Assembly: GCA_045659205.1 (NCBI GenBank) | Contig: JAZOWK010000010.1 | Span: 30,405-94,404 of the forward strand | Reading direction: 5' to 3' | DNA: 64,000 nt | DNA from: Faecousia sp. | GTDB lineage: Bacteria; Bacillota; Clostridia; Oscillospirales; Oscillospiraceae | Part shown: one piece after another, positions 49,145 through 57,065 of the stretch | How the letters are laid out: every line of letters begins with the position of its first letter | Position numbering within the stretch: position 1 is the stretch's first letter | The notes under the pieces: model-generated | Seen by the model: the letters and a program-made list of their open reading frames with translations, nothing else | Told to the model about the DNA's origin: nothing | The model's database searches: none | Made by a program: the position numbers and the translations under genes

Positions 49145-49702
49145 ATGAGCAACACAAACGAAAAGATTTTCTTTTCCGGCGTTAAGGATGGAGAGACCTT
49201 CGAGGTCGGAGGTATGGAATTTATCAAGTTTCCCAGTAAGAATGGACGAACGCCTGCAGTAATGAAGGACCTGGCATTCTTCTCCAGCTTCGGAAAAAAC
49301 AACAACCTGAAGGAAAGTACAATCTTGGAGCGAATGGAAAGAGATATTCTGCCCAAGATTTTGGCAGAGGTTGGAGAGGAAAATGTCTGCACTTTTGAGA
49401 CAGATCTGACGACCCTAGATGGCCTGAAGTCTTGCGGGAATCTGGAAGCCCGCATCAGCCTGCCTACACTGGATTTTTACCGGGCCAATGTGGATATCTT
49501 CGATAAGCACAAGGTAGACCGCTGGTGGTGGCTGGCAACACTGGAATCTGCAAAGCCTCACTGTGATCCGCACTGGATTCTTCGTGTTTCGCCGTCCGGC
49601 CGCATCTACTATGGCCGCTACGGCGGCATCGGTGGCGGCGTTCGTCCGTTTTTGATCTTTAACTCTTCTATCTTTGAATCTTCCGAAAATGGCAGAGAAT
49701 GA
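49145..49702 (+). CDS. DGR target protein 2 (paralogue of target 1)
   Basis: LTTLDG, WWWLAT, C-terminal VR2 ending GVRP; AAAGGAG RBS. Confidence 0.88.
   Translation: MSNTNEKIFFSGVKDGETFEVGGMEFIKFPSKNGRTPAVMKDLAFFSSFGKNNNLKESTILERMERDILPKILAEVGEENVCTFETDLTTLDGLKSCGNLEARISLPTLDFYRANVDIFDKHKVDRWWWLATLESAKPHCDPHWILRVSPSGRIYYGRYGGIGGGVRPFLIFNSSIFESSENGRE
49586..49649 (+). repeat. DGR variable repeat VR2
   Basis: 64-nt match to TR with 15 mismatches at adenines and 1 synonymous T>C near the 5' end. Confidence 0.95.
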
Positions 49703-50057
49703 CCTGAAGGTGATCGTCAAAGCGAAGGATCTGGCAGTGCATTCCTTCAAACTGACATCAAATTGCAATAGATACCCAAAGAAGTATCGCCACTCTCTGG
49801 TGGATCGTATCCAGATCAAGGGGCTGGACATATATGAAACACTGCTTGAAGCAAACCGGATCAACAATATGACCCATAAGCAGGATCGGTGTGAAATGAT
49901 AACCAAGGCAATCACCCTCTGCGATGAGCTGCTGTTTTATATAGAACTGTCTATGGGACTGGATCTGCTGAATGATAAGTCGGCAGCCTATTGGTCCAAG
50001 ATGGTATCCGATGTGAAGTATATGTCTATCGCATGGAGGACCAGAGAGCGGCAATAA
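49689..50057 (+). CDS. avd: DGR accessory variability determinant (Avd, four-helix bundle)
   Basis: 122 aa; YPKKYRHSLVDRI...EAN...W pattern; sits between targets and TR/RT. Confidence 0.85.
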   Translation: MAENDLKVIVKAKDLAVHSFKLTSNCNRYPKKYRHSLVDRIQIKGLDIYETLLEANRINNMTHKQDRCEMITKAITLCDELLFYIELSMGLDLLNDKSAAYWSKMVSDVKYMSIAWRTRERQ

Positions 50058-50090
50058 GATACTCAGGCCGTGCGTTGTATCTTTCTTTGT

Positions 50091-50154
50091 GTTTCGCCGT
50101 CTGGCAACATCAACAATGACAACTACAACAACAACGATAACGGCGTTCGTCCGT
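50091..50154 (+). repeat. DGR template repeat (TR)
   Basis: GTTTCGCCGTCTGGC-AAC ATC AAC AAT GAC AAC TAC AAC AAC AAC GAT AAC-GGCGTTCGTCCGT; 20 adenines. Confidence 0.95.
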
Positions 50155-50258
50155 ACTGGTGGAATGTTCGACAGAGTAGGCATCAGCCGAAATCCATACG
50201 CCACATCAAAAGAACGCACGACCTTTCCGCAAGGATAAACAGAAAAGGACTGTGTTGT

Positions 50259-51305
50259 ATGACCGACTTCGAAAAAGTGATCGATTTTCAGAATATGTAT
50301 AGGGCCTACCGTAAAGCAAAATGTGGAAAAGGCTATAAGAAAAGCTCCGCCCGGTTTGCCCTTGCTGCCTTAGACGGTGTTCATACTCTGATAAAGCAGT
50401 TGAAGGATAAGACATACAGGGTTTCAGGCTATAACGAGTTTAAGGTCTACGAACCCAAGGAGCGCATTATTCAAACGACCTCTTTTAAGGATAAGGTCGT
50501 ACAACACAGTCTGTGTGATAACGTGATCATGCCTAGGCTGCAACGCGTATTTGTTTACGATAACTGTGCTGGGCAAAAAGGAAAAGGTACTTTGTTTGGA
50601 TTGGATAGGCTCAGTGAACAGATGCAACGGTTCCATAGAAAGTATGGCATGGCCGGCTACATTCTCAAATGCGATATAACCAAGTTCTTCTATAACATAT
50701 CCCATGACCAGATGAAGGACATTGTTCGCTATCACTTTGGATATGATCCGGAGATATGCTGGCTCTGCAATCTGTTTATCGACAGCACAGAGGGCAAGGG
50801 CCTGCCATTAGGCAATCAGATCAACCAAGGCTTTGCGCTGCTCTATCTGGATGGCATGGACAAACTGATAATGCACGAGCTGGGGATTGAGTATTACGGC
50901 AGGTATATGGATGACTTCTATTTGATCCACCCCAGCAAGGAATACCTCAAGTATTGCCTGGAGGTCATAACAGCATATCTGGAAACCCTGGAGCTGACGC
51001 TAAACGGTAAAACACAGATCTTCCCGTTCAAGAATGGCATCAGCTATTTGGGTTTTCATACATACATTGCCGCCAGCGGAACGCCGATCCGAAAGCTGAA
51101 GAATCAGAATAAGCGAAACGCACAGAAGAAATTTGTGCGGATGGCGAAGCTTGTAGTAGCTGGCAAGCTACCAATAGAGAAGTTTCAGGCCTCCTACAAT
51201 TCCTGGAAAAACCACATCTCGAGAGGGAATTGCTATAGGTTGGGCAAGGATATGGATGAGAGGATAAATAGGATTTTACAAAGGAAGGAGAAAGACTGTG
51301 GCTAA
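50259..51305 (+). CDS. DGR reverse transcriptase
   Basis: EPKERII, DKVVQH, KCDITKFF, GLPLGNQINQ, YGRYMDDF, ISYLGF; AAAAGGA RBS before MTDFEK. Confidence 0.94.
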   Translation: MTDFEKVIDFQNMYRAYRKAKCGKGYKKSSARFALAALDGVHTLIKQLKDKTYRVSGYNEFKVYEPKERIIQTTSFKDKVVQHSLCDNVIMPRLQRVFVYDNCAGQKGKGTLFGLDRLSEQMQRFHRKYGMAGYILKCDITKFFYNISHDQMKDIVRYHFGYDPEICWLCNLFIDSTEGKGLPLGNQINQGFALLYLDGMDKLIMHELGIEYYGRYMDDFYLIHPSKEYLKYCLEVITAYLETLELTLNGKTQIFPFKNGISYLGFHTYIAASGTPIRKLKNQNKRNAQKKFVRMAKLVVAGKLPIEKFQASYNSWKNHISRGNCYRLGKDMDERINRILQRKEKDCG

Positions 51306-52026
51306 GGAGAGACGGAAAATCATTCAGGCCGGAAGGCTTTGGATGGCGGTGCAGTATTCTAATATCCGCACCGATGATCCGGGAGCACGGCGAGAGGCCC
51401 GGCAGCAGATCTCCACTCCTGCCAGAGAGTCGCTCAATGCAAAGATGAGTTGGCAAAAGCTTATGTTGATACTGGCGTCCAACTTCAAAAGCGACGATCT
51501 TGTGGTGACACTGACCTACCGGGACAAGGATCTGCCCAAGCGGCGGGAGGATGCGGACAGGTATCTGTCAAACTTCATCCGTCATTTGAGGTCGAGTCGA
51601 AGGTTAGGTACGCCACCCAGGGAGTTGCCCTACGTCCGGGTGACCGAGGGCTACCACTCCGGGGGGAGGCTGCACCACCACCTTATTATTGATAACACAG
51701 GTGCGGACTTTGAGACTGTACGCAATCTGTGGTCCAAGTGGGGTGACAATGTAGATTTTGAACGTTTCGGTGCCGATGGCGCTGAGCGCTGGGCAAAGTA
51801 TCTGACGAAGGAACCCCGGGAGAAGGGGCGAAGACATATCGGTGACCGTAGCTGGCGCACGAGCAAGGGTATGGCAAAGCCTATTGCGAGCTATGAGTTT
51901 GTGTCGCCGGCAGACGGTTTGATGCCGCCGCCCGGAGCAATAATTACAGATCGGGCTGAGTGTGAGAACTCATTTGGGCGGTTTCATTACATACTGGCGC
52001 TGCTCCCAGAGAAGACAACTGAATAG
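51298..52026 (+). CDS. HUH-superfamily rolling-circle Rep-like endonuclease
   Basis: Motif I VTLTY, motif II LHHHLII, motif III AKYLTKE; start overlaps the RT stop. Confidence 0.8.
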   Translation: MAKERRKIIQAGRLWMAVQYSNIRTDDPGARREARQQISTPARESLNAKMSWQKLMLILASNFKSDDLVVTLTYRDKDLPKRREDADRYLSNFIRHLRSSRRLGTPPRELPYVRVTEGYHSGGRLHHHLIIDNTGADFETVRNLWSKWGDNVDFERFGADGAERWAKYLTKEPREKGRRHIGDRSWRTSKGMAKPIASYEFVSPADGLMPPPGAIITDRAECENSFGRFHYILALLPEKTTE

Positions 52027-52028
52027 TA

Positions 52029-52074
52029 AAATTCTGTCTCGGGGTAGTGTATAACTACCGGGAAGGCAAAATTT
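52029..52074. other. Imperfect hairpin just after the HUH gene (candidate nick site/origin)
   Basis: AAATTCTGTC-TCGG-GGTAGT[GTATA]ACTACC-GGGAA-GGCAAAATTT. Confidence 0.4.
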
Positions 52075-52154
52075 CCAAAAATCAAAAATCTAAAGTTTTG
52101 ATTTGAAAATCGAGAAAACGGAAACAAAACGCAAAAATCGTAGGAGGTTGACAT

Positions 52155-52595
52155 ATGAGCAAGCCCAGGTATCGATGGTGGGGGTTTGTCCGTCAAATGA
52201 TCCGGGACTATCCGCAGCTGTCTGAAGACTGGGCGGAGCTCCATTCCACGCCAGTCACTGCAAGTTTTGCAGGTGCGCCGTCCGGTGCTGGTGGCATCAG
52301 ACGAACTGTTGAGAGCATCGCGTTGAAGCAGATGCCTGTGGATGATCAGCGGGCATACGACGCTGTCAGCAGGGCCATTGAGAACACCCAACATCTGCCG
52401 GAGGGTAAACGCAGGCTGGATATGATCCGGTTGACCTATTGGGTGGACAGGCCAATGCCGTTGAAGTCTGCAGCGTTGCGGCTGTACATATCCGAGCGTA
52501 CTGCTAAGCGGTGGCACGGAGAATTCGTGCGGGCCACCGCATCCGCATATGGTTTCGAGCTTACCAGCAAGGTTGGCACCCCAGAGCCAAAATAA
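52155..52595 (+). CDS. RinA/ArpU-like late transcriptional activator
   Basis: MSKPRYRWWG..., C-terminal sigma4-like HTH (AALRLYISERTAKRW); last gene before the packaging module. Confidence 0.72.
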   Translation: MSKPRYRWWGFVRQMIRDYPQLSEDWAELHSTPVTASFAGAPSGAGGIRRTVESIALKQMPVDDQRAYDAVSRAIENTQHLPEGKRRLDMIRLTYWVDRPMPLKSAALRLYISERTAKRWHGEFVRATASAYGFELTSKVGTPEPK

Positions 52596-52676
52596 AGTGT
52601 TAAACTGTTAGCATGAAAGAATATCCGAGAGGCCCACGCAATGGCGTGAGCCTCTTTCGCATACCAGGGGGAACAC

Positions 52677-53033
52677 ATGATTTCACCAACAAGATTGCAG
52701 CAGCTTGACCAGCTGATCTATGAAGGCCGGGAGCATGAATTCTACCTCTGGCCGGAATGGCGCAATGAGGCAAACGGTGTTCGCATACAGGTGTTGCGGC
52801 TTGACAGGTTTGAGTGTCAGGTCTGCAAACGCAAGGGACGGTACAGTAGGGCTACGATCGTGCATCACATCAAGCATGTGAAGACACACCCGGAGCTTGC
52901 TCTGTCGATTTACAACGGCCGGGAGCGCCAGCTGGAGAGTGTCTGCTTTGATTGCCACGAGGAGTATCACCCTGAGCGGTTACCCAAGTCAACGACCCCA
53001 GCGGAACCGTTGACGCCGGAGCGCTGGGACTAA
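52677..53033 (+). CDS. Terminase-associated HNH endonuclease
   Basis: FY...EW, ECQVC, VHHIKH, SVCFDCHEEYH. Confidence 0.88.
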   Translation: MISPTRLQQLDQLIYEGREHEFYLWPEWRNEANGVRIQVLRLDRFECQVCKRKGRYSRATIVHHIKHVKTHPELALSIYNGRERQLESVCFDCHEEYHPERLPKSTTPAEPLTPERWD

Positions 53034-53199
53034 GGATACCCCCCGGTCGAAAAAACGATTTTAGCGCCGGGAAAAAGAACCGGGGCAGTTCCAGGACATT
53101 CCGGAGATTTCGTCGCCCAGGCGCAGCAGCGCACGGGCACTCAGACGCAGCAGCGTGCGGGCGCGCACGCAAGAGGCCGCTTGATGCAAGGAGGTACAC
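53034..53199. other. Candidate cos/packaging region
   Basis: Non-coding gap between HNH and terS with TACCCCCCGGTC..AAAAA and a degenerate CAG.CGCAGCAGCG repeat; position typical of cos phages. Confidence 0.5.
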
Positions 53200-53529
53200 A
53201 TGAGCAATTTCAAGAGAACAAAGGAATACAGGGAGCTCAAGAAAGCGCTGGAGGACAACCTCGTGGCCCGTGGACTGGTTGAGCCGATATACCAGGACAT
53301 GGTGCGGCGATACTTGAGCTACCGGGAAATGGAGTACCTGGCCGATCTCGACATTGAAGAGAAAGGCTTGAACATCTGGGATGACCGGCGAAAGTCCTGG
53401 CAGGCTAACCCCTCGATAGCCACGAAGGTAAACGCCGGCCGGCAGGCCGCAGCAATCTACCGAGCTTTAGGCTTTGAAGACGAAGCCAAGAAGGCACAAG
53501 GTTTAGGAGCTGATGACGATGAGCTGTGA
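53200..53529 (+). CDS. Terminase small subunit (P27-like)
   Basis: Upstream of terL; DIEEKG...ANPSIA...LG pattern. Confidence 0.78.
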   Translation: MSNFKRTKEYRELKKALEDNLVARGLVEPIYQDMVRRYLSYREMEYLADLDIEEKGLNIWDDRRKSWQANPSIATKVNAGRQAAAIYRALGFEDEAKKAQGLGADDDEL

Positions 53530-55186
53530 GATCCCGTATGAGATCCTACACTACATCGAGCTGGTCGAAGCAGATACCCCCCGTGCTTGCCCGGAGCAGC
53601 ATGCGCTGGTCGCGTTGGTGCGCCGTGTTTTTGAGTCTGAAGACATTTGGGTAGATACACAACTGCTGCAGAAGTATATAGGACTTGAAAAGTACTTCAG
53701 CTGGAGTCTGCTGCCCTGGGAAAAATTCCTGACAGGGTTGTGGAATTGCACATTCCGTGCAGATGGATTTCCTCGTTGGAAGACGGTATTGGGTCTGGTT
53801 GGCAGAGGTGCCGGCAAGGACGGTTTTATTGGCTTTGACGGTGCGTGCATGCTCAGCCCCTATAACCCAGTGGATCACTATAACGTGGATATCTGCGCCA
53901 ACAACGAGGAGCAGGCGATCACGCCGGTAAAGGATCTTGCAGAAGTGCTGGAGAACCCAAAGCACGAGGTCAAGCTGAAGAAGCATTATTACCACACCAA
54001 GGAGCTGGTGCAAGGCCGTAAGAATAAGGGCGTTATGAAAGGTCGTACCAATAACCCCAGCGGCCGGGATGGCATGCGTTCCGGCAAGATCATTTTCAAC
54101 GAGGTGCACCAGTACGAAAATTATAACAACATCAAAGTGTTCCGCACTGGCCTGGGAAAGGTCGGTCAGCCCCGAGAAGGTTTTTTTACTTCCAACGGTG
54201 ACGTGAGCGACGGCCCGCTGGACGACCTTATAGAGCGCTCAATGCGGATCCTGTTCGAGGGCGAAGCGGACGATGGCTTTTTGCCATTTATCTGCCGCCT
54301 GCCATCCGCTGAGGCGGTACACGATCCGGAAAACTGGTACATGGCAAATCCCTCGCTTTTCTATTTCCCGCATCTTCTTGAGGAGGTACGGGGTGAGTAC
54401 CGCGATTGGTGCCAGCGTCCGGAGGAGAACGGCGACTTCCTGACAAAGCGCATGGGTATAAGAACCTCTGCGAAGGATATCGTGGTAACTGACTATGCAA
54501 ACATAAAGGCAACTAACCAGCCCCTGCCGGATCTGCGCAGGCGCAGCTGCACGGTCGGCATCGACTATGCAGAACTGTCTGACTGGGCGGCGGTCAACCT
54601 GCACTTCCGCATTGGTGAAAAGCGTTATGACATCAATCATGCCTGGGTCTGCAGGCACAGCAAGACGCTGCACCGAGTACGAGCGCCGTGGCAAAAATGG
54701 GCTGAGGATGGCCATATCACCGTAGTGGATGAAGAAAGCATCCACCCTGATCTGCTGGCTGCGTACATCAAGGAAGCCGGCAAACTATACGACATCAAGA
54801 AAATGGCGGCTGACCATTTCCGATGGACGCTACTAGCGCAAAGCATGCAGGCCATTGGCTTTGATGTCAGCGACAGAAAGCGCACAAAGCGCGTCCGCCC
54901 ATCGGACATTATGCAGACAGATACTGTCATCCAGCATTGTTTTGACCGGGGGCTTTTTTGCTGGGGCGATGTGCCGCATCTGCGCTGGGCTGTCAACAAT
55001 ACGAAGCGTGTGCGGTTTGGGCGCAAGCAGGGCGAGGATATTGGCAATTTTATCTATGCGAAAATCGAGGCTAAGAGCCGAAAGACAGACCCCTTCATGG
55101 CGCTTGTTGCAAGTATGGCCATCGAGGATGTCTTGGGCACCGGTGAAGAGGCGAAGCTCCCGCCGATCGGTGCGATCAAACTTTAG
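53513..55186 (+). CDS. Terminase large subunit
   Basis: VGRGAGKDG Walker A, IFNEVH Walker B, GIDYA..D, KTDPFMA. Confidence 0.92.
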   Translation: MTMSCEIPYEILHYIELVEADTPRACPEQHALVALVRRVFESEDIWVDTQLLQKYIGLEKYFSWSLLPWEKFLTGLWNCTFRADGFPRWKTVLGLVGRGAGKDGFIGFDGACMLSPYNPVDHYNVDICANNEEQAITPVKDLAEVLENPKHEVKLKKHYYHTKELVQGRKNKGVMKGRTNNPSGRDGMRSGKIIFNEVHQYENYNNIKVFRTGLGKVGQPREGFFTSNGDVSDGPLDDLIERSMRILFEGEADDGFLPFICRLPSAEAVHDPENWYMANPSLFYFPHLLEEVRGEYRDWCQRPEENGDFLTKRMGIRTSAKDIVVTDYANIKATNQPLPDLRRRSCTVGIDYAELSDWAAVNLHFRIGEKRYDINHAWVCRHSKTLHRVRAPWQKWAEDGHITVVDEESIHPDLLAAYIKEAGKLYDIKKMAADHFRWTLLAQSMQAIGFDVSDRKRTKRVRPSDIMQTDTVIQHCFDRGLFCWGDVPHLRWAVNNTKRVRFGRKQGEDIGNFIYAKIEAKSRKTDPFMALVASMAIEDVLGTGEEAKLPPIGAIKL

Positions 55187-55198
55187 GAAGGGATGCAT

Positions 55199-56368
55199 AT
55201 GGGTCTTAAATTCTGGGATTTTCTAAAGCCCAAAAACGGAAAAACCAACAATGTGGAGGTCAACTGTAAGATCTTCTGGGAGGCAGCTCAGGAGTTTCAG
55301 ATCCGCAACCTCTGCTTCAATGTCTGTAAAGATATGATCGCAAATGCCATGGGCAAATGCGAGTTCAAGACGTATAAGGGCGGCATAGAGCACAGGGGCG
55401 CTGAATACTACCTGTGGAATGTTGAGCCGAACACCAATCAAAACAGCACAGCGTTCATTCATAAGCTGATCGACCGGCTTTACGAGGGCGGCGAAGCGCT
55501 GATCATTTCCACAAGAGGCAGCGGTGCAAAAGAAATGCTTGCCGTCGCCGATACCTTTGATTGTCCGGATTTATACCCGGCAAAGCCCAATGCTTACACC
55601 GGTGTGACCGTGGGATCTTTCACCTATCACAAGACATTTTACGAAAATGAGGTGATGCATCTGACGTTGCCCAACAAGGATGTAAAGAAGGTCATTGACG
55701 GCATGTACGCCTGCTATTACCAGATGGTAGATGCGGCGGTTAAGGCATATACGTGGGGGCAGGGTCAGCATTGGAAGGTACACGTCAACCAGGTAACCCA
55801 AGGTGCGGAAGGCTGGGCAGAGGCTTTCCAGGAAATGATCCAGGCGCAAATCAAACCGTTTATCGAAAGTAACGGCGCCATTCTTCCGGAATTCGATGGC
55901 TATGACTACGAGGACGTCGGCGGCAAGAACCGCTCCGGCACTGATACGAGGGACATTAAGGCAATGATCGATGATATTTTCGATTTTACCGCCAAGGCTA
56001 TGCTGGTCCCCGCTGTGCTTGCCGGGGGCAAGGTTGAAGGCACCGGCGATGCCAACAGCCGTTTTCTTACCTACTGCATAGATCCACTGTGTGATCAGCT
56101 ACAGGAGGAGTGCAACCGAAAGCGGTATGGCTTTGATGAGTGGAAGCGTGGCAATTATATGCAGGTAGACTCTTCCGGCATCATTCATTTTGACCTGTTC
56201 GCCAATGCTGCCAACGTTGAAAAGTTGGTCGGCAGCGGTGTGTTCACCATAAACGACATTCTGCTGGCGGTTGGCAGGGCACCTATTAACGAGCCGTGGG
56301 CAAACAAGCACTTCATGACAAAGAATATGGCAGCGTTGACCGAAGTGCTGAAGCCCGCTGGATCGTAG
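55199..56368 (+). CDS. Portal protein (HK97-like)
   Basis: WNVEPN.NQ, FLTYCIDP, TINDI; follows terL. Confidence 0.9.
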   Translation: MGLKFWDFLKPKNGKTNNVEVNCKIFWEAAQEFQIRNLCFNVCKDMIANAMGKCEFKTYKGGIEHRGAEYYLWNVEPNTNQNSTAFIHKLIDRLYEGGEALIISTRGSGAKEMLAVADTFDCPDLYPAKPNAYTGVTVGSFTYHKTFYENEVMHLTLPNKDVKKVIDGMYACYYQMVDAAVKAYTWGQGQHWKVHVNQVTQGAEGWAEAFQEMIQAQIKPFIESNGAILPEFDGYDYEDVGGKNRSGTDTRDIKAMIDDIFDFTAKAMLVPAVLAGGKVEGTGDANSRFLTYCIDPLCDQLQEECNRKRYGFDEWKRGNYMQVDSSGIIHFDLFANAANVEKLVGSGVFTINDILLAVGRAPINEPWANKHFMTKNMAALTEVLKPAGS

Positions 56369-56382
56369 AAAGGAGGTTAGCT

Positions 56383-57048
56383 ATGGGCAGATTTTATTCC
56401 ATTGAGCAGGCAGGTAATGAAGCGCATCTCTACATTTTCGGGGACATTGTCCCGGATCAGTGGTTTGAGGATGAAACCTCCTCGTACAGTTTCCAACAGC
56501 AGCTGGCTAAGATCGATGCGGATGTGATCCATGTTCACATTGACAGCTATGGCGGTGCGGTAAGTGCCGGCTGGGCAATCTACAACACTCTGCGTGATCA
56601 TCCTGCAAAAATCGTAACCCACGCCGAAGGCTTTGTGGCATCTGCGGCCTTGTACCCGTTTATGGCGGGTGATGAGCGCATCATGTCCAATGTGTCGGCT
56701 CTGTTTTTCCACCAGGTTCTGATGTCGGTATACGGCAACGCAGATGATTTGCGTGCGGCAGCGGACAGCGCCGAAAAGCTGAACGAGCTGGGCATCACCG
56801 CCTTCACGAATGCAGGCGTAGAAAAGGACCTTGTGTTGCAGCTGGAAAAGGCCGAGACCTGGGTAGGTCCTACCGAGGCACTTGAGTATGGTTTTGCCAC
56901 ATCTATCAAAACGGTGCAGCAGCCGAACCAAAGCCAAAGCATCAAGCAGGAGCTTGTGAAGAAGCTCCTTGCAGAACAGAAGCAAAAGCAAGAACAAAAG
57001 CCCGGCGCTACCATCATGCAGATGCTGGCCGGGCTTTTTAATAACTAA
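56383..57048 (+). CDS. ClpP-like head maturation protease
   Basis: IDSYGGAV, FVASAA, FFHQ, AETW. Confidence 0.9.
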   Translation: MGRFYSIEQAGNEAHLYIFGDIVPDQWFEDETSSYSFQQQLAKIDADVIHVHIDSYGGAVSAGWAIYNTLRDHPAKIVTHAEGFVASAALYPFMAGDERIMSNVSALFFHQVLMSVYGNADDLRAAADSAEKLNELGITAFTNAGVEKDLVLQLEKAETWVGPTEALEYGFATSIKTVQQPNQSQSIKQELVKKLLAEQKQKQEQKPGATIMQMLAGLFNN

Positions 57049-57065
57049 AATAAAAGGAGAATTTT

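Noticed and set aside
50070-50258. ORF track extends the RT N-terminus through the TR (VSPSGNINNDNYNNNDNGVRP in frame)
   Set aside because: There is no RBS before the GTG at 50070, while the ATG at 50259 has AAAAGGA. TR is inherently stop-free in the VR frame, so the extension is most likely incidental.
50259-51305. RT as a group II intron, retron or Abi RT
   Set aside because: No maturase/endonuclease extension or intron-like flanks are seen. Avd plus the adenine-specific TR/VR pairs identify a DGR.
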